From: Sphingomonadaceae bacterium
GTDB taxonomy: Bacteria > Pseudomonadota > Alphaproteobacteria > Sphingomonadales > Sphingomonadaceae
Assembly: GCA_041621755.1 (NCBI GenBank)
Contig: JBFKAE010000002.1
Location: forward strand, 3,087 to 67,086
Reading direction: 5' to 3'
Length of the DNA: 64,000 bases
Shown here: positions 54,705 through 63,069 of the stretch, piece after piece
How positions within the stretch are numbered: position 1 is the first letter of the stretch
Layout: each line of letters begins with the position of its first letter
Program-made: the position numbers and the translations under genes
Notes under the pieces: generated by a model
The model's input: the letters and a program-made list of their open reading frames with translations, nothing else
Told to the model about the DNA's origin: nothing
Database searches by the model: none

Positions 54705-55943
54705 ATGATCCAGCGATACCGTCTGCTCGGGCAAGTCGTTCCCGAAGGAGAACGCCTGCAGCCCCTTCTGGCCGAAGCCTATGCGCGCAAGCTGCCGGTC
54801 CTGTGCGAATGCCGACCCGCAAGCGAGCTTCCGCTCTATATAGCCCATCGCAATGACCGTTACGTGCTCGCGCGCTGGCCCGGTTCGGGCGCGCGCCATG
54901 CAACGGCCTGCGATCACTACGAGGCCCCCGATCACCTCACCGGCATGGGCCAGGTGCGCGGCAGCGCGGTGATCGACGACGAGGAAAGCGGCGAGACCAG
55001 CCTCAAGCTTGGGTTTCCGCTGTCGCGCGGGGCCGCAAGGCTCGCGCCCGCTGCGCTGACCAACGACAAGCCGACGGTCAAATCGACCGGCCAGAAGCTC
55101 ACCATGCGCGGGCTGCTCCACGTCCTGTGGGACCGGGCCGAGCTCACCCACTGGCACCCGAAGATGGCGGGCAAGCGAAGCTGGTTCGTCGTGCGCCGCG
55201 CGCTGATCGAAGCCGCCGCTGCCTGCAAGGCGAAGCAGGAGGCCCTGCCCCACATGCTGTTCGTCCCGGAAACCTTCCGGCTCGAGGACAAGGAGGACAT
55301 CCGCGCCCGCCGCCGCGCGGCGCTGGAAAGGGTTTACCGTTCGCAGAGCGACATGATGGTGGTGATCGGCGAGATCAAGGAGATCGTGCCCGCCCATGGC
55401 GCCGAACGCATCGTCCTGCGTCATGTCGGCGACATGCCCTTCGTCATGGACCCGGACATGGCGCGGCGCTTCCACAAGCGGTTCGCGGGCGAACTGGCGC
55501 TGTGGCAGGCGCAGGACAGCGCCCGTGGCAGCGATGGCCACCTCGTTATCGCCGGCTCGTTCGCGCGGCGCCGACAGGGCACGTTCGACCTTATCGAGGT
55601 GGCGCTGATGCCGGTTACCGGTGAATGGATGCCCTACGAGACCAGCGACGAGCGCTACCTGATTGCCCGCGCCGTTGCCGACAAGCGGCGGTTCGTGAAG
55701 GGTCTGCGCGTCAATCTCGATGCCGAGACGCCGATCGCAAGCCTGGTGCTCAAGGACACCGGCGAGCAGGCCACTGCGATCCACATCCATGATCGCGATC
55801 ACGAGGCCGGCGAACCGCTCGAGGCGCTGCTCGCGAGCGGGGGCGTGGCCCATGTGTTCTGGAAGGAAGGCGAAGCCCTGCCCCAACGCGCGGGCCGGCC
55901 ACGCCGCAGCCCAGCGCCAAGGCAGGAGCAAGCGCTCGCCTGA
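54705..55943 (+). CDS. DUF1173-family protein
   Basis: ATG at 54705 after GGAGAA. The N-terminal LCECRPASELPLYIAHRNDRYVLARWPGSGARHATACDHYE resembles the Cys/His-rich DUF1173 N-terminus seen on ICEs and plasmids. Confidence 0.75.
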   Translation: MIQRYRLLGQVVPEGERLQPLLAEAYARKLPVLCECRPASELPLYIAHRNDRYVLARWPGSGARHATACDHYEAPDHLTGMGQVRGSAVIDDEESGETSLKLGFPLSRGAARLAPAALTNDKPTVKSTGQKLTMRGLLHVLWDRAELTHWHPKMAGKRSWFVVRRALIEAAAACKAKQEALPHMLFVPETFRLEDKEDIRARRRAALERVYRSQSDMMVVIGEIKEIVPAHGAERIVLRHVGDMPFVMDPDMARRFHKRFAGELALWQAQDSARGSDGHLVIAGSFARRRQGTFDLIEVALMPVTGEWMPYETSDERYLIARAVADKRRFVKGLRVNLDAETPIASLVLKDTGEQATAIHIHDRDHEAGEPLEALLASGGVAHVFWKEGEALPQRAGRPRRSPAPRQEQALA

Positions 55944-55950
55944 GCTGCGA

Positions 55951-56454
55951 TCAGTCGAGCTTGCCGCCGGGTCCGCGGCGCGGATGCAGATCGAAGCGGC
56001 GTCCGCCTGGCGGCGCGGCCCGCAAAGCGGCAAGCCGGGTTTCGACCCGGGCGGGATCGACGAGTACCTCGATGCGGTCGAGGCTAACGATGGTCCAGAT
56101 CGCCTCGCCCGGATGTCCATCCGTATGCACCGACCAGGCCAGCGGCAGCTTGTCGGGATAGAGCCAGAGCAGCAGCAACGGCAGCGCCGCGAGATTGGGC
56201 GCACCATCCTCGTCGGCGATGACCAGTTGGCCCGCGACCTGATCGTAGCGGGCATTGAGCCCGAGCGGCATCGGGTGGCCGACGATCCCGAGGATCGTGT
56301 CGCGCGCCTGCGGGCCGAACAGGCCGTCGAGCTCGGGGCCGGGCTGCGCAGCGGCATCGGTGGCAAGGTCATGGAGGAAAACGAGCACGGCGACGAAGCG
56401 CGCAGCTTCCTCGCGCGTGCAGGCAAGCTCAAGCGTGAGCCGGACAGGAGGCAT
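55951..56454 (-). CDS. hypothetical protein
   Basis: 167-aa ORF, protein-like. Last gene of a three-gene minus-strand string. Confidence 0.45.
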   Translation of the reverse strand: MPPVRLTLELACTREEAARFVAVLVFLHDLATDAAAQPGPELDGLFGPQARDTILGIVGHPMPLGLNARYDQVAGQLVIADEDGAPNLAALPLLLLWLYPDKLPLAWSVHTDGHPGEAIWTIVSLDRIEVLVDPARVETRLAALRAAPPGGRRFDLHPRRGPGGKLD

Positions 56455-56595
56455 GGTAGGTGTCCTCGGGAATTGGCCGCAAGGCCCCCTGCCCCGCAGC
56501 CGGAGGCGCGGGAGCGAACGGAGCCGGCGATCAGAAAGGGAAGGGATGCGGCGGCGTGGTCGTGCCAGCCGCCACGGGTCAGCAGCGCGGGCCGG

Positions 56596-57036
56596 TCAGG
56601 CGATGACCAGCGGCGGGACCGTGATCTCGGCGCGCGCCATCGCGCGCTTCAGCTCGCGCAGCCGCGTGAAGCTGTTGATCCAGGACGGCGGGAAGAGGAG
56701 GTGTTCACCCTCGCTCGCCGTGTAATCGCGCATGGGCCCCGAACCGTCGAAGACGACGATCTCGGGCAGGAATGCGCCGAGGCATCCTCCCGACCAGCGG
56801 CGGAACACGAGGCCGTGCCGGACGCAGAAATCGTCGATCTCGGGAATCTGCCCGCCGTTGAGCTCGGTGCCATAAAGCTCGAGCGGTTCGCCCGCGACGA
56901 TCGCCGCCGGATCGAACGGCTCGCCGTCCCATTCGACGCGCAGGTCATAGCTGTCGGCAATGCCTGCGAATTCGGCAAGCGCCTCGCGCGGCATCGTGCC
57001 GCCGATGGTGATGTGAACTGGGGCTCTGTCGCCCAT
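56596..57036 (-). CDS. hypothetical protein
   Basis: 146-aa ORF, acidic, protein-like composition. Confidence 0.45.
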   Translation of the reverse strand: MGDRAPVHITIGGTMPREALAEFAGIADSYDLRVEWDGEPFDPAAIVAGEPLELYGTELNGGQIPEIDDFCVRHGLVFRRWSGGCLGAFLPEIVVFDGSGPMRDYTASEGEHLLFPPSWINSFTRLRELKRAMARAEITVPPLVIA

Positions 57037-57172
57037 GGCCGGGTCCTTTCACGTTCGGTTGATCCGACCGTGAAGCCCCCCTCCCCTCTTTTGACCGGTT
57101 CACCGCGAGCATGGCCGATGCCAGGCCTGTCCGGCATGCGGCACCAGCCGCAGGAAACGGCGCGTCAAAAGG

Positions 57173-57898
57173 TCAGTGCCGCGTGACGGGGTCCAGATGC
57201 ATGTCCGTGTCGAGCTTCAAGGCCTCGTGCCAGATCGCGGTCTTGAAAAAGTGCTCCTCGCGCTCGAACCCCTCGCCCGTGCGCACCTCTTCGAGCAGGC
57301 CCATCCAGCACAAGGGGCGAAGCACGTGGATGTGCAAGGCCGCCTTGGTGCGAACCGCGTCAAGCAGGCCATCCGACTTCTCGGGGCCATAGAGCACCTC
57401 GCACAAGCGATCCTTGCTCAGTCCGGCCCGGGCCTCGACATTGATCACATTGAGGAAGATGTCCCAGTTACCAAAGGGCCGATCGCCGAAGCGGGTGTAG
57501 CCGGTGTGGTCAGTTGCAAACAGGAACTGCCGGGCAAGCAGTGCCCACAAGGCCACAGGGTCGGCGCGCAATTGAGGAGCGAGCCGAGTCATATGCAAAG
57601 CGCCCTGCCTGTGCCGGGCGAACCTGGTGCTCAGCAGCAGTTCGTGCATGATCGCAAGCGGCGGGAAATCGTCTTCGTTGAGGACCTTGTTGACGGCGTA
57701 GAGATCTTGGACCGTGTAGCCCGGCCAATCGAACGCTTCGGCTGCCCATTCAACGAAATAGCGCTTGAGCGCGCGCGAGGACGTCAGGCCGATCGGGCCG
57801 TTTGCATCGATGTGGTCGAGGGTCAGGCACACCGCCCGCAGCATCGGCGACAGGCGCTTCAGGGCCGAAGGATCGGTGGGCTGGTGGAGTGGAAGCAT
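57173..57898 (-). CDS. hypothetical protein
   Basis: 241-aa ORF, helical, protein-like. No recognised domain. Confidence 0.5.
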   Translation of the reverse strand: MLPLHQPTDPSALKRLSPMLRAVCLTLDHIDANGPIGLTSSRALKRYFVEWAAEAFDWPGYTVQDLYAVNKVLNEDDFPPLAIMHELLLSTRFARHRQGALHMTRLAPQLRADPVALWALLARQFLFATDHTGYTRFGDRPFGNWDIFLNVINVEARAGLSKDRLCEVLYGPEKSDGLLDAVRTKAALHIHVLRPLCWMGLLEEVRTGEGFEREEHFFKTAIWHEALKLDTDMHLDPVTRH

Positions 57899-58146
57899 CC
57901 GGGTAGTTATCAGGCAATTTGAGGGGAATGGAAATGGCGGCTCGCGCTGACTTTTCGGACGCGGCGAACACTAAATACGCACCCCGAAAGCGGCTGTACA
58001 TTCAGCCCAGATTCTCTCGCGAGAAGTCCCCGATCCCTGCCCTTGTGTGTCAAAACCTATAGCTTAGTTCGCGTTGCACAATAGGTAGGTCGCCCGTAGG
58101 GCAGCGCCCCAAATGCTCGTTTAATCCTGCAGCTCGGCCAATCCGG

Positions 58147-59037
58147 CTACCGGCGTCGGCTCTTCCCAGGGAAGCGCGGATTTTCCCAGACATCAAAGGT
58201 GTCGCGCAACTCGTCTTCGCCGTCATCGTCGCTGTCTTCGACGACCAGCAGTGTCATTTTCCACCCATTCGCCAGATTCAAAGCCTGTTCCCTGATCGAT
58301 GATGGGCGGTGAAGGCTGGCCAGCCACACACCCCTGTCAACGTCGTCGGATTCGACCCCATCGGTTTGATGGCGAGCAGACAGTGAATTGTGGGGAAGCG
58401 GCGTTCCGATCCCGGCTTCGACAAAAGGAAAGCGGGTGGGCTTGTAGATGCGGCGCAAGGTCCCATTCTGCGAGAGCAAAATGGCGCACAGATCGTGGTG
58501 GTAGGTCGAATAGTGGATCGCCGTTGCTTCCTTGCTGACGTCGTATTTCGCCGCCAAATCGACAACATGACGAAGGTCAGGACCACCTTGTGCGCGCATG
58601 TCGGTCCTGAATTTTATCACCGGCATCAGGATCCCAGCGCTGAACCGGTTCGCTTCCGCTTCCATTCGCTGGCTGCGGTTGTCGCGGTCGGCCTTGCGAA
58701 TGTTCATATCGGATTTCGAACAAGCAAATTGCCCTGAGTCACCAGGCTGGTGTGCCGCAATGAGATAGTGTCCGAGTTCGTGGCCGATCGTATAGCGCTG
58801 TCTCAGTCGATTGGCTTTGCCGTTGACCAAGATGACACCGTCCCGACGCTCTGGCTGCGTAATCAACCCGCCTTCGAAGTTGTCTGTTGTCATTCGATGG
58901 ATGGCAGTGATGCCAACGGCCATCGCAAGTTCCTCGATTGGAACCGGAGTCGGGAGGTCAGGCAGTTGCCGGAGGACCTCTGCGATGATGCGCTCGGGGG
59001 AGGTGCAGTCAGCAAGCTCAACCCGATCAATCTGCAT
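58147..59037 (-). CDS. capP: ImmA/IrrE-family zinc metallopeptidase, CapP-like
   Basis: HELGHYL (HEXXH) plus EANRFSAGILMP. About 150 aa of extra C-terminal domain. Overlaps the stop of the upstream XRE gene. The pair is divergent from a CBASS-like operon. Confidence 0.7.
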   Translation of the reverse strand: MQIDRVELADCTSPERIIAEVLRQLPDLPTPVPIEELAMAVGITAIHRMTTDNFEGGLITQPERRDGVILVNGKANRLRQRYTIGHELGHYLIAAHQPGDSGQFACSKSDMNIRKADRDNRSQRMEAEANRFSAGILMPVIKFRTDMRAQGGPDLRHVVDLAAKYDVSKEATAIHYSTYHHDLCAILLSQNGTLRRIYKPTRFPFVEAGIGTPLPHNSLSARHQTDGVESDDVDRGVWLASLHRPSSIREQALNLANGWKMTLLVVEDSDDDGEDELRDTFDVWENPRFPGKSRRR

Positions 59038-59362
59038 CTGTTGTCTTGCCCCCGCGTTTTTTCATGGTCTCGATCATCGCCTCGATAAACTGCCGGTCCT
59101 CGGGGGCAAGTTTTTGCAGATCACGGTACATGACGACCATTTGCTCGTCTTCCGCTTCGGAAGGGTCTTCGCCGACCAGCGAAGCAATCGTCACCCCAAA
59201 ATGCTCGGCGAGGCCTTTGAGCAATTCGATCGAGGGGTTCTTTGTCGTTCCCTTCTCCAATTCCCATATATGCGCCTTTGAAGCCCCCACTGCATCGGCA
59301 ACCACCTGAAGCGATTGCCCTCGTTGGGTCCGCAGCTTTTGCAATTTCATCGCGAGCGACAT
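59027..59362 (-). CDS. capH: XRE-family HTH repressor, CapH-like
   Basis: ATG at 59362. LRTQRGQSLQVVADAVGASKAHIWELEKG HTH and a C-terminal helical tail. Confidence 0.7.
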   Translation of the reverse strand: MSLAMKLQKLRTQRGQSLQVVADAVGASKAHIWELEKGTTKNPSIELLKGLAEHFGVTIASLVGEDPSEAEDEQMVVMYRDLQKLAPEDRQFIEAMIETMKKRGGKTTDAD

Positions 59363-59452
59363 GGCACTCTCCCAGCCTCCTAAGAGTAACATACCTGCGC
59401 GCCTGTAGGAAAGCTGTGTCGTTCGGTCAATCGAACATTTGCGGCAGATCGG

Positions 59453-59481
59453 TTGACTATGCCGCGCGTTCGGTGTATCTT
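59453..59481 (+). promoter_or_regulatory. sigma70-like promoter for the CBASS-like operon
   Basis: TTGACT (59453-59458), 17-nt spacer, TATCTT (59476-59481). The motif CGTTCGGT occurs twice (59419-59427 region and 59466-59474 inside the spacer). Small dyads GTTCG-N6-CGAAC and CTTAC-N6-GTAAG flank it. Confidence 0.5.
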
Positions 59482-59545
59482 ACGGTCCTGTAAGGCGAAG
59501 TCTGCCGATATTGGGCTTTGCCACCTGCGCCGAATAGGGGGCATC

Positions 59546-60799
59546 ATGACCATTTTCGATCCGATCCGTCCGCGCCCCGAGCGCCTGCCGACCCCGAGCT
59601 TCGCCGACGCGATGCTTTTGGACGTGGCACGCCGGGTCCAGCTTTCACCCACCAAGCACGACGAGGCGCAGCAGCATTTCGAGGCGCTTTGCAGCTATGT
59701 CGATCGTCCTGGCAGCCCGCTGCAGGACAAGGTGATCGCGTGCTACCCCGGGGGCAGCTTCGCGACAGGAACGGCGATAGCCTCAAGTGTTTCGAAGGAT
59801 CAGCATGACGTCGATGTGGTCATGGAACTCGACGTTCCCACCAACAGCGATCCCGAGCGGATTCTTGACCTGCTTTTCGAAGCCATCAACGCCGAGCCGG
59901 GCTCCCGTTATCACGGGCGGGTAACGCGAAATTCGCGTTGCGTGACCGTCGAATACGACGATGGTGTCCGCGTCGATTTGATGCCCATTTCGCGGCTGAC
60001 TGCGGCCCCCGAGAAAGCGGGGCATCTTTTCCATTTCAAGCAGCAGCCGCTTGAGAGCTACCACAAGCCTGTCAATCCTTGGGGCTTTGCCGACCACTTC
60101 AACGCCCAGACGGCATACGATCCGGTTTTTGCTGCAATCTTTGAATCTCGAGCTCTGGCTGACGGACGAACGGTCGCGAAGGCCGACGTCGATCCGTTGC
60201 CCGACCGCGTTCCGTTGTCTGAAAAGGCCGCGCGCGTCGTCGCGCTGCAGCTGATCAAGCGCAATCGCGATGTGCGGTTTCGCAACCGTTCGAAGCGCAA
60301 GCCGCCCTCTGTGGTTCTGGCAGCACTGGCGCTGGAAGTGGCACCTGTCGGCGCGGGCTTGCTGGAGGAGGTCGTCTCGATTTCGCGGCACATTGCACGG
60401 CGTCTGCAGGAGCACAGTGCACAAAATCTCTGTATCGACGTCCGCAACCCCGCTTACATACCGGATGTCTTTACCGATCGTTGGCCCGGCGCGTTGTCTG
60501 ACCAGAACGAGTATGTGCGTGATCTGGAGTATCTGGTCCGGCAATTGGTTCGCCTGCGGACGGAACACATTTCGCTGACTGAAACGAACACGATTCTCGA
60601 CGATCTGTTCGGAGAGACGGCGGCCAAGTACGCGATCAAGGAACACATGGAACGTAGCCGTGTCGCCATGGAGAAGGGCGCGATGCGGTTCGGTCCCAGC
60701 GGCCGGGTCCATGCAGGCGTGACTGCCGCTGCTGTCGCAACCAATTGCACCCCGGCTCGGGCAAGCACCAACATGGGCGGCGAATGGTTCCTGGACTGA
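59546..60799 (+). CDS. CD-NTase-like (SMODS/pol-beta superfamily) nucleotidyltransferase
   Basis: ATG at 59546. GGSFATGTAIASSVSKDQHDVDVVMEL (G-S-x-x-x-G-T ... D-x-D), a third acidic residue in VRVDLMP about 70 aa later, and a long helical C-terminal half. Confidence 0.65.
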   Translation: MTIFDPIRPRPERLPTPSFADAMLLDVARRVQLSPTKHDEAQQHFEALCSYVDRPGSPLQDKVIACYPGGSFATGTAIASSVSKDQHDVDVVMELDVPTNSDPERILDLLFEAINAEPGSRYHGRVTRNSRCVTVEYDDGVRVDLMPISRLTAAPEKAGHLFHFKQQPLESYHKPVNPWGFADHFNAQTAYDPVFAAIFESRALADGRTVAKADVDPLPDRVPLSEKAARVVALQLIKRNRDVRFRNRSKRKPPSVVLAALALEVAPVGAGLLEEVVSISRHIARRLQEHSAQNLCIDVRNPAYIPDVFTDRWPGALSDQNEYVRDLEYLVRQLVRLRTEHISLTETNTILDDLFGETAAKYAIKEHMERSRVAMEKGAMRFGPSGRVHAGVTAAAVATNCTPARASTNMGGEWFLD

Positions 60800-61284
60800 T
60801 CCCGATCGAGACCCAGATCGCGGCGATGGAGCAACGCTGGCCGGACTTTGCGCTTGTGCAAAGGATCGGGCGCCGAGCGGTCTGGGAAGGAACGCTCGAC
60901 CCGGTTTGCAAGCGCTACCGTGTGCGGATCGGTTACGAAGTCCCGCTTGCGATCGAAAACTTCTCCATTCTCAACGTGCAACCCCGGATCCAGGTGCTGT
61001 CGCCACGTCTTGAACTCCATCCTGAATATGAAGAAGGCCCGATCCCGCACGTCTATGTAAACCGTGCGGAGCAATCCTTGCCTTACTTGTGCCTGTTCGA
61101 TCCGTTCAACGGCGAGTGGACGCCATCGGACCTGTTGGCCGAAACGACTGTGCCTTGGGCCGCACGGTATCTCTACTTCTATGAAGGCTGGTTGCTGACC
61201 GGAAAATGGTCAGGCGGTGGCCGGCACCCGACACAGGAGGAGTTGGATGGAACCCAGCGACCAAAGGCCATTGCGGCGGTCTGA
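60784..61284 (+). CDS. E2 (UBC)-like protein, Cap2-short-like (tentative)
   Basis: ATG at 60784 overlapping the NTase end. IPHVYVNRAEQSLPYLCLFDPFNGEWTPSDLL resembles the HPN...C-L...W-x-P core of UBC/Prok-E2 folds. Confidence 0.45.
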   Translation: MVPGLIPIETQIAAMEQRWPDFALVQRIGRRAVWEGTLDPVCKRYRVRIGYEVPLAIENFSILNVQPRIQVLSPRLELHPEYEEGPIPHVYVNRAEQSLPYLCLFDPFNGEWTPSDLLAETTVPWAARYLYFYEGWLLTGKWSGGGRHPTQEELDGTQRPKAIAAV

Positions 61285-62296
61285 TGGAACGCTTGGTGAG
61301 CGGCGGCGACAATTGCCGTGGCCGGAGGGCAAGCGATTTCGGATCCTGTCCATTGATGGCGGCGGCATTCGGGGAATCCTGCCCGCGTCGATTCTGGCGG
61401 AGTTCGAACGGCAGTATCTGGGCGGACACTCCGTTGGTGACTATTTCGATCTGATCGCCGGTACATCCACGGGGGGAATAATCGCCCTCGGGCTTTCGAT
61501 CGGGCTGCCTGCTTCCGACATTCTCCAAGTCTATTTTGATCACGGCGAAGAGATTTTTCCATCGGCCAGGCCGCCCCTGGAAGGGCTCAAGCGAGTTTGG
61601 GCCAAGGTTCGATCGCTGGCATATTACCAGTATGACCGAGAGCCGCTTGAACGTGAACTGCGCCGGATTTTTGGCGCGCGCCCGTTTGGAGATGCCCAGC
61701 GTCGACTTTGCATTCCTTCTTTCGACGGCTTCACCGAGGTCAACATATTCAAGACGCCGCATCATCCCGATTTCAAGCTCGATTGGCGCGAAGAAATGGT
61801 CACAGTCGCGCTCGCGACATCTGCTGCTCCTACCTATTTCTCGATCTACAGGGATGGCCAGCGACGGTTCGCAGACGGAGGCGTGTGGGCGAACAATCCG
61901 GTGATGGTCGCACTGGTCGATGCGCTCAGTTGCAACGCACTCGATCGCGATCAGATCGATATCCTGTCGCTGGGATGCGGTGACGCCGAATTGACGATTT
62001 CGGATGTACAGGTCCTGCGCGGAGGCTTGTGGCATTGGCGCGATATCGTTTCGTCAGCGATGCATCTCTTCAGCCAGAATGCGCTTGGGCAAGCCGGGCT
62101 ACTCATTGGCCGTGATCGGCTCATTCGCTTGAATGCGCCACTGCTGCCCGATGGTCCGATCGGTTTGGACGACGTGAAGCGGGCGAAGGCAGAGCTGCCC
62201 AATGTGGCGAAGGAACTGGCCCTTGCGAATGGGCCAGCGGTGGCGTCCCGGTTCTTCAATGAGAAGGCCGAGCCTTACGCTCCCTTTCATCCATAA
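61247..62296 (+). CDS. patatin-like phospholipase (CapV-like effector)
   Basis: ATG at 61247 after AGGAGG. DGGGIRG oxyanion motif, GTSTGG nucleophile elbow, and catalytic Asp in FADGGVWANNP. Confidence 0.85.
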   Translation: MEPSDQRPLRRSDGTLGERRRQLPWPEGKRFRILSIDGGGIRGILPASILAEFERQYLGGHSVGDYFDLIAGTSTGGIIALGLSIGLPASDILQVYFDHGEEIFPSARPPLEGLKRVWAKVRSLAYYQYDREPLERELRRIFGARPFGDAQRRLCIPSFDGFTEVNIFKTPHHPDFKLDWREEMVTVALATSAAPTYFSIYRDGQRRFADGGVWANNPVMVALVDALSCNALDRDQIDILSLGCGDAELTISDVQVLRGGLWHWRDIVSSAMHLFSQNALGQAGLLIGRDRLIRLNAPLLPDGPIGLDDVKRAKAELPNVAKELALANGPAVASRFFNEKAEPYAPFHP

Positions 62297-62344
62297 GCTG
62301 TTTGATCTGCTTGGGCCGTGGGAGACGGTTTTCGTCACCACCCC

Positions 62345-62418
62345 GTCCGAAATCCCTCTACATTTTTCGGACAATGGCGGTTTGGATCGTGTCCGAAGTT
62401 ATGCTACATATTTCGGAC
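62345..62418. promoter_or_regulatory. two tandem inverted repeats GTCCGAA-N14-TTCGGAC (AbiEi operator candidates)
   Basis: GTCCGAA 62345-62351 / TTCGGAC 62366-72, and GTCCGAA 62391-97 / TTCGGAC 62412-18. They end 1 nt before the ATG at 62419. Confidence 0.55.
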
Positions 62419-63069
62419 ATGGACAGGATCTCGCCCGGACTGAAAGCGCAAATTCTCGACCGCGTAAGCCGAGCGGCGGCGAACACTGTCTGGACACCGG
62501 CCGACTTCCTCGACCTTGCCGGCCGCGATGCGGTCGACAAGACCCTCCAGCGTTTGGTCAAATGGGGCGAGCTGCGCCGGATCGATCGCGGCCTCTATGA
62601 CAAACCGCAGTTCAACAGCCTGACCCGGCAGGACAATGCCCCCGATCCGCGAGCGGTCATCGACGCCGTCGCACGGCGTGATCAGATCCGTGTCCTGGTC
62701 GACGGGATGACTGCTGCAAACGATCTCGGCTTAACCAATGCCGTACCGGCGAAGATCGTCGTGCACAGCGAAGCGCGGCCCAAGTCGATCAAGCTCGGCA
62801 ACCTCACCATCGAGTTCAGAATGACCGCGGCAAGCAAACTCTATTGGGCGGGACGCCCGGCCATGAGGATCGTCCAGGCGCTGCACTGGCTGCGCGATAC
62901 AATGTCGACGGACGACATGGGACAATGGCGCGAGCGACTTGCCACCCTTCTCGGCAACCCCACCCACGGCGCAGCTTTGCGCGCTGATCTTGCCGAGGGG
63001 CTGCCAACGCTCCCGACCTGGATGCAGGAGCTGCTCCGTCCGCTCGTCTCGGAAGCGCCCAGCGAATGA
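62419..63069 (+). CDS. abiEi: AbiEi-family type IV antitoxin / transcriptional regulator
   Basis: ATG at 62419. VWTPADFLDLAGRDAVDKTLQRLVKWGELRRIDRGLYDKP winged-helix N-terminus. ATGA overlap with the downstream NTase toxin. Confidence 0.8.
   Translation: MDRISPGLKAQILDRVSRAAANTVWTPADFLDLAGRDAVDKTLQRLVKWGELRRIDRGLYDKPQFNSLTRQDNAPDPRAVIDAVARRDQIRVLVDGMTAANDLGLTNAVPAKIVVHSEARPKSIKLGNLTIEFRMTAASKLYWAGRPAMRIVQALHWLRDTMSTDDMGQWRERLATLLGNPTHGAALRADLAEGLPTLPTWMQELLRPLVSEAPSE

Noticed and set aside
53898-56432. 844-aa minus-strand ORF
   Set aside because: Its composition is dominated by R/A/P/G and it has no recognisable motifs. It lies antisense to the well-supported DUF1173 gene and to non-coding DNA. 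It is a typical high-GC shadow frame.
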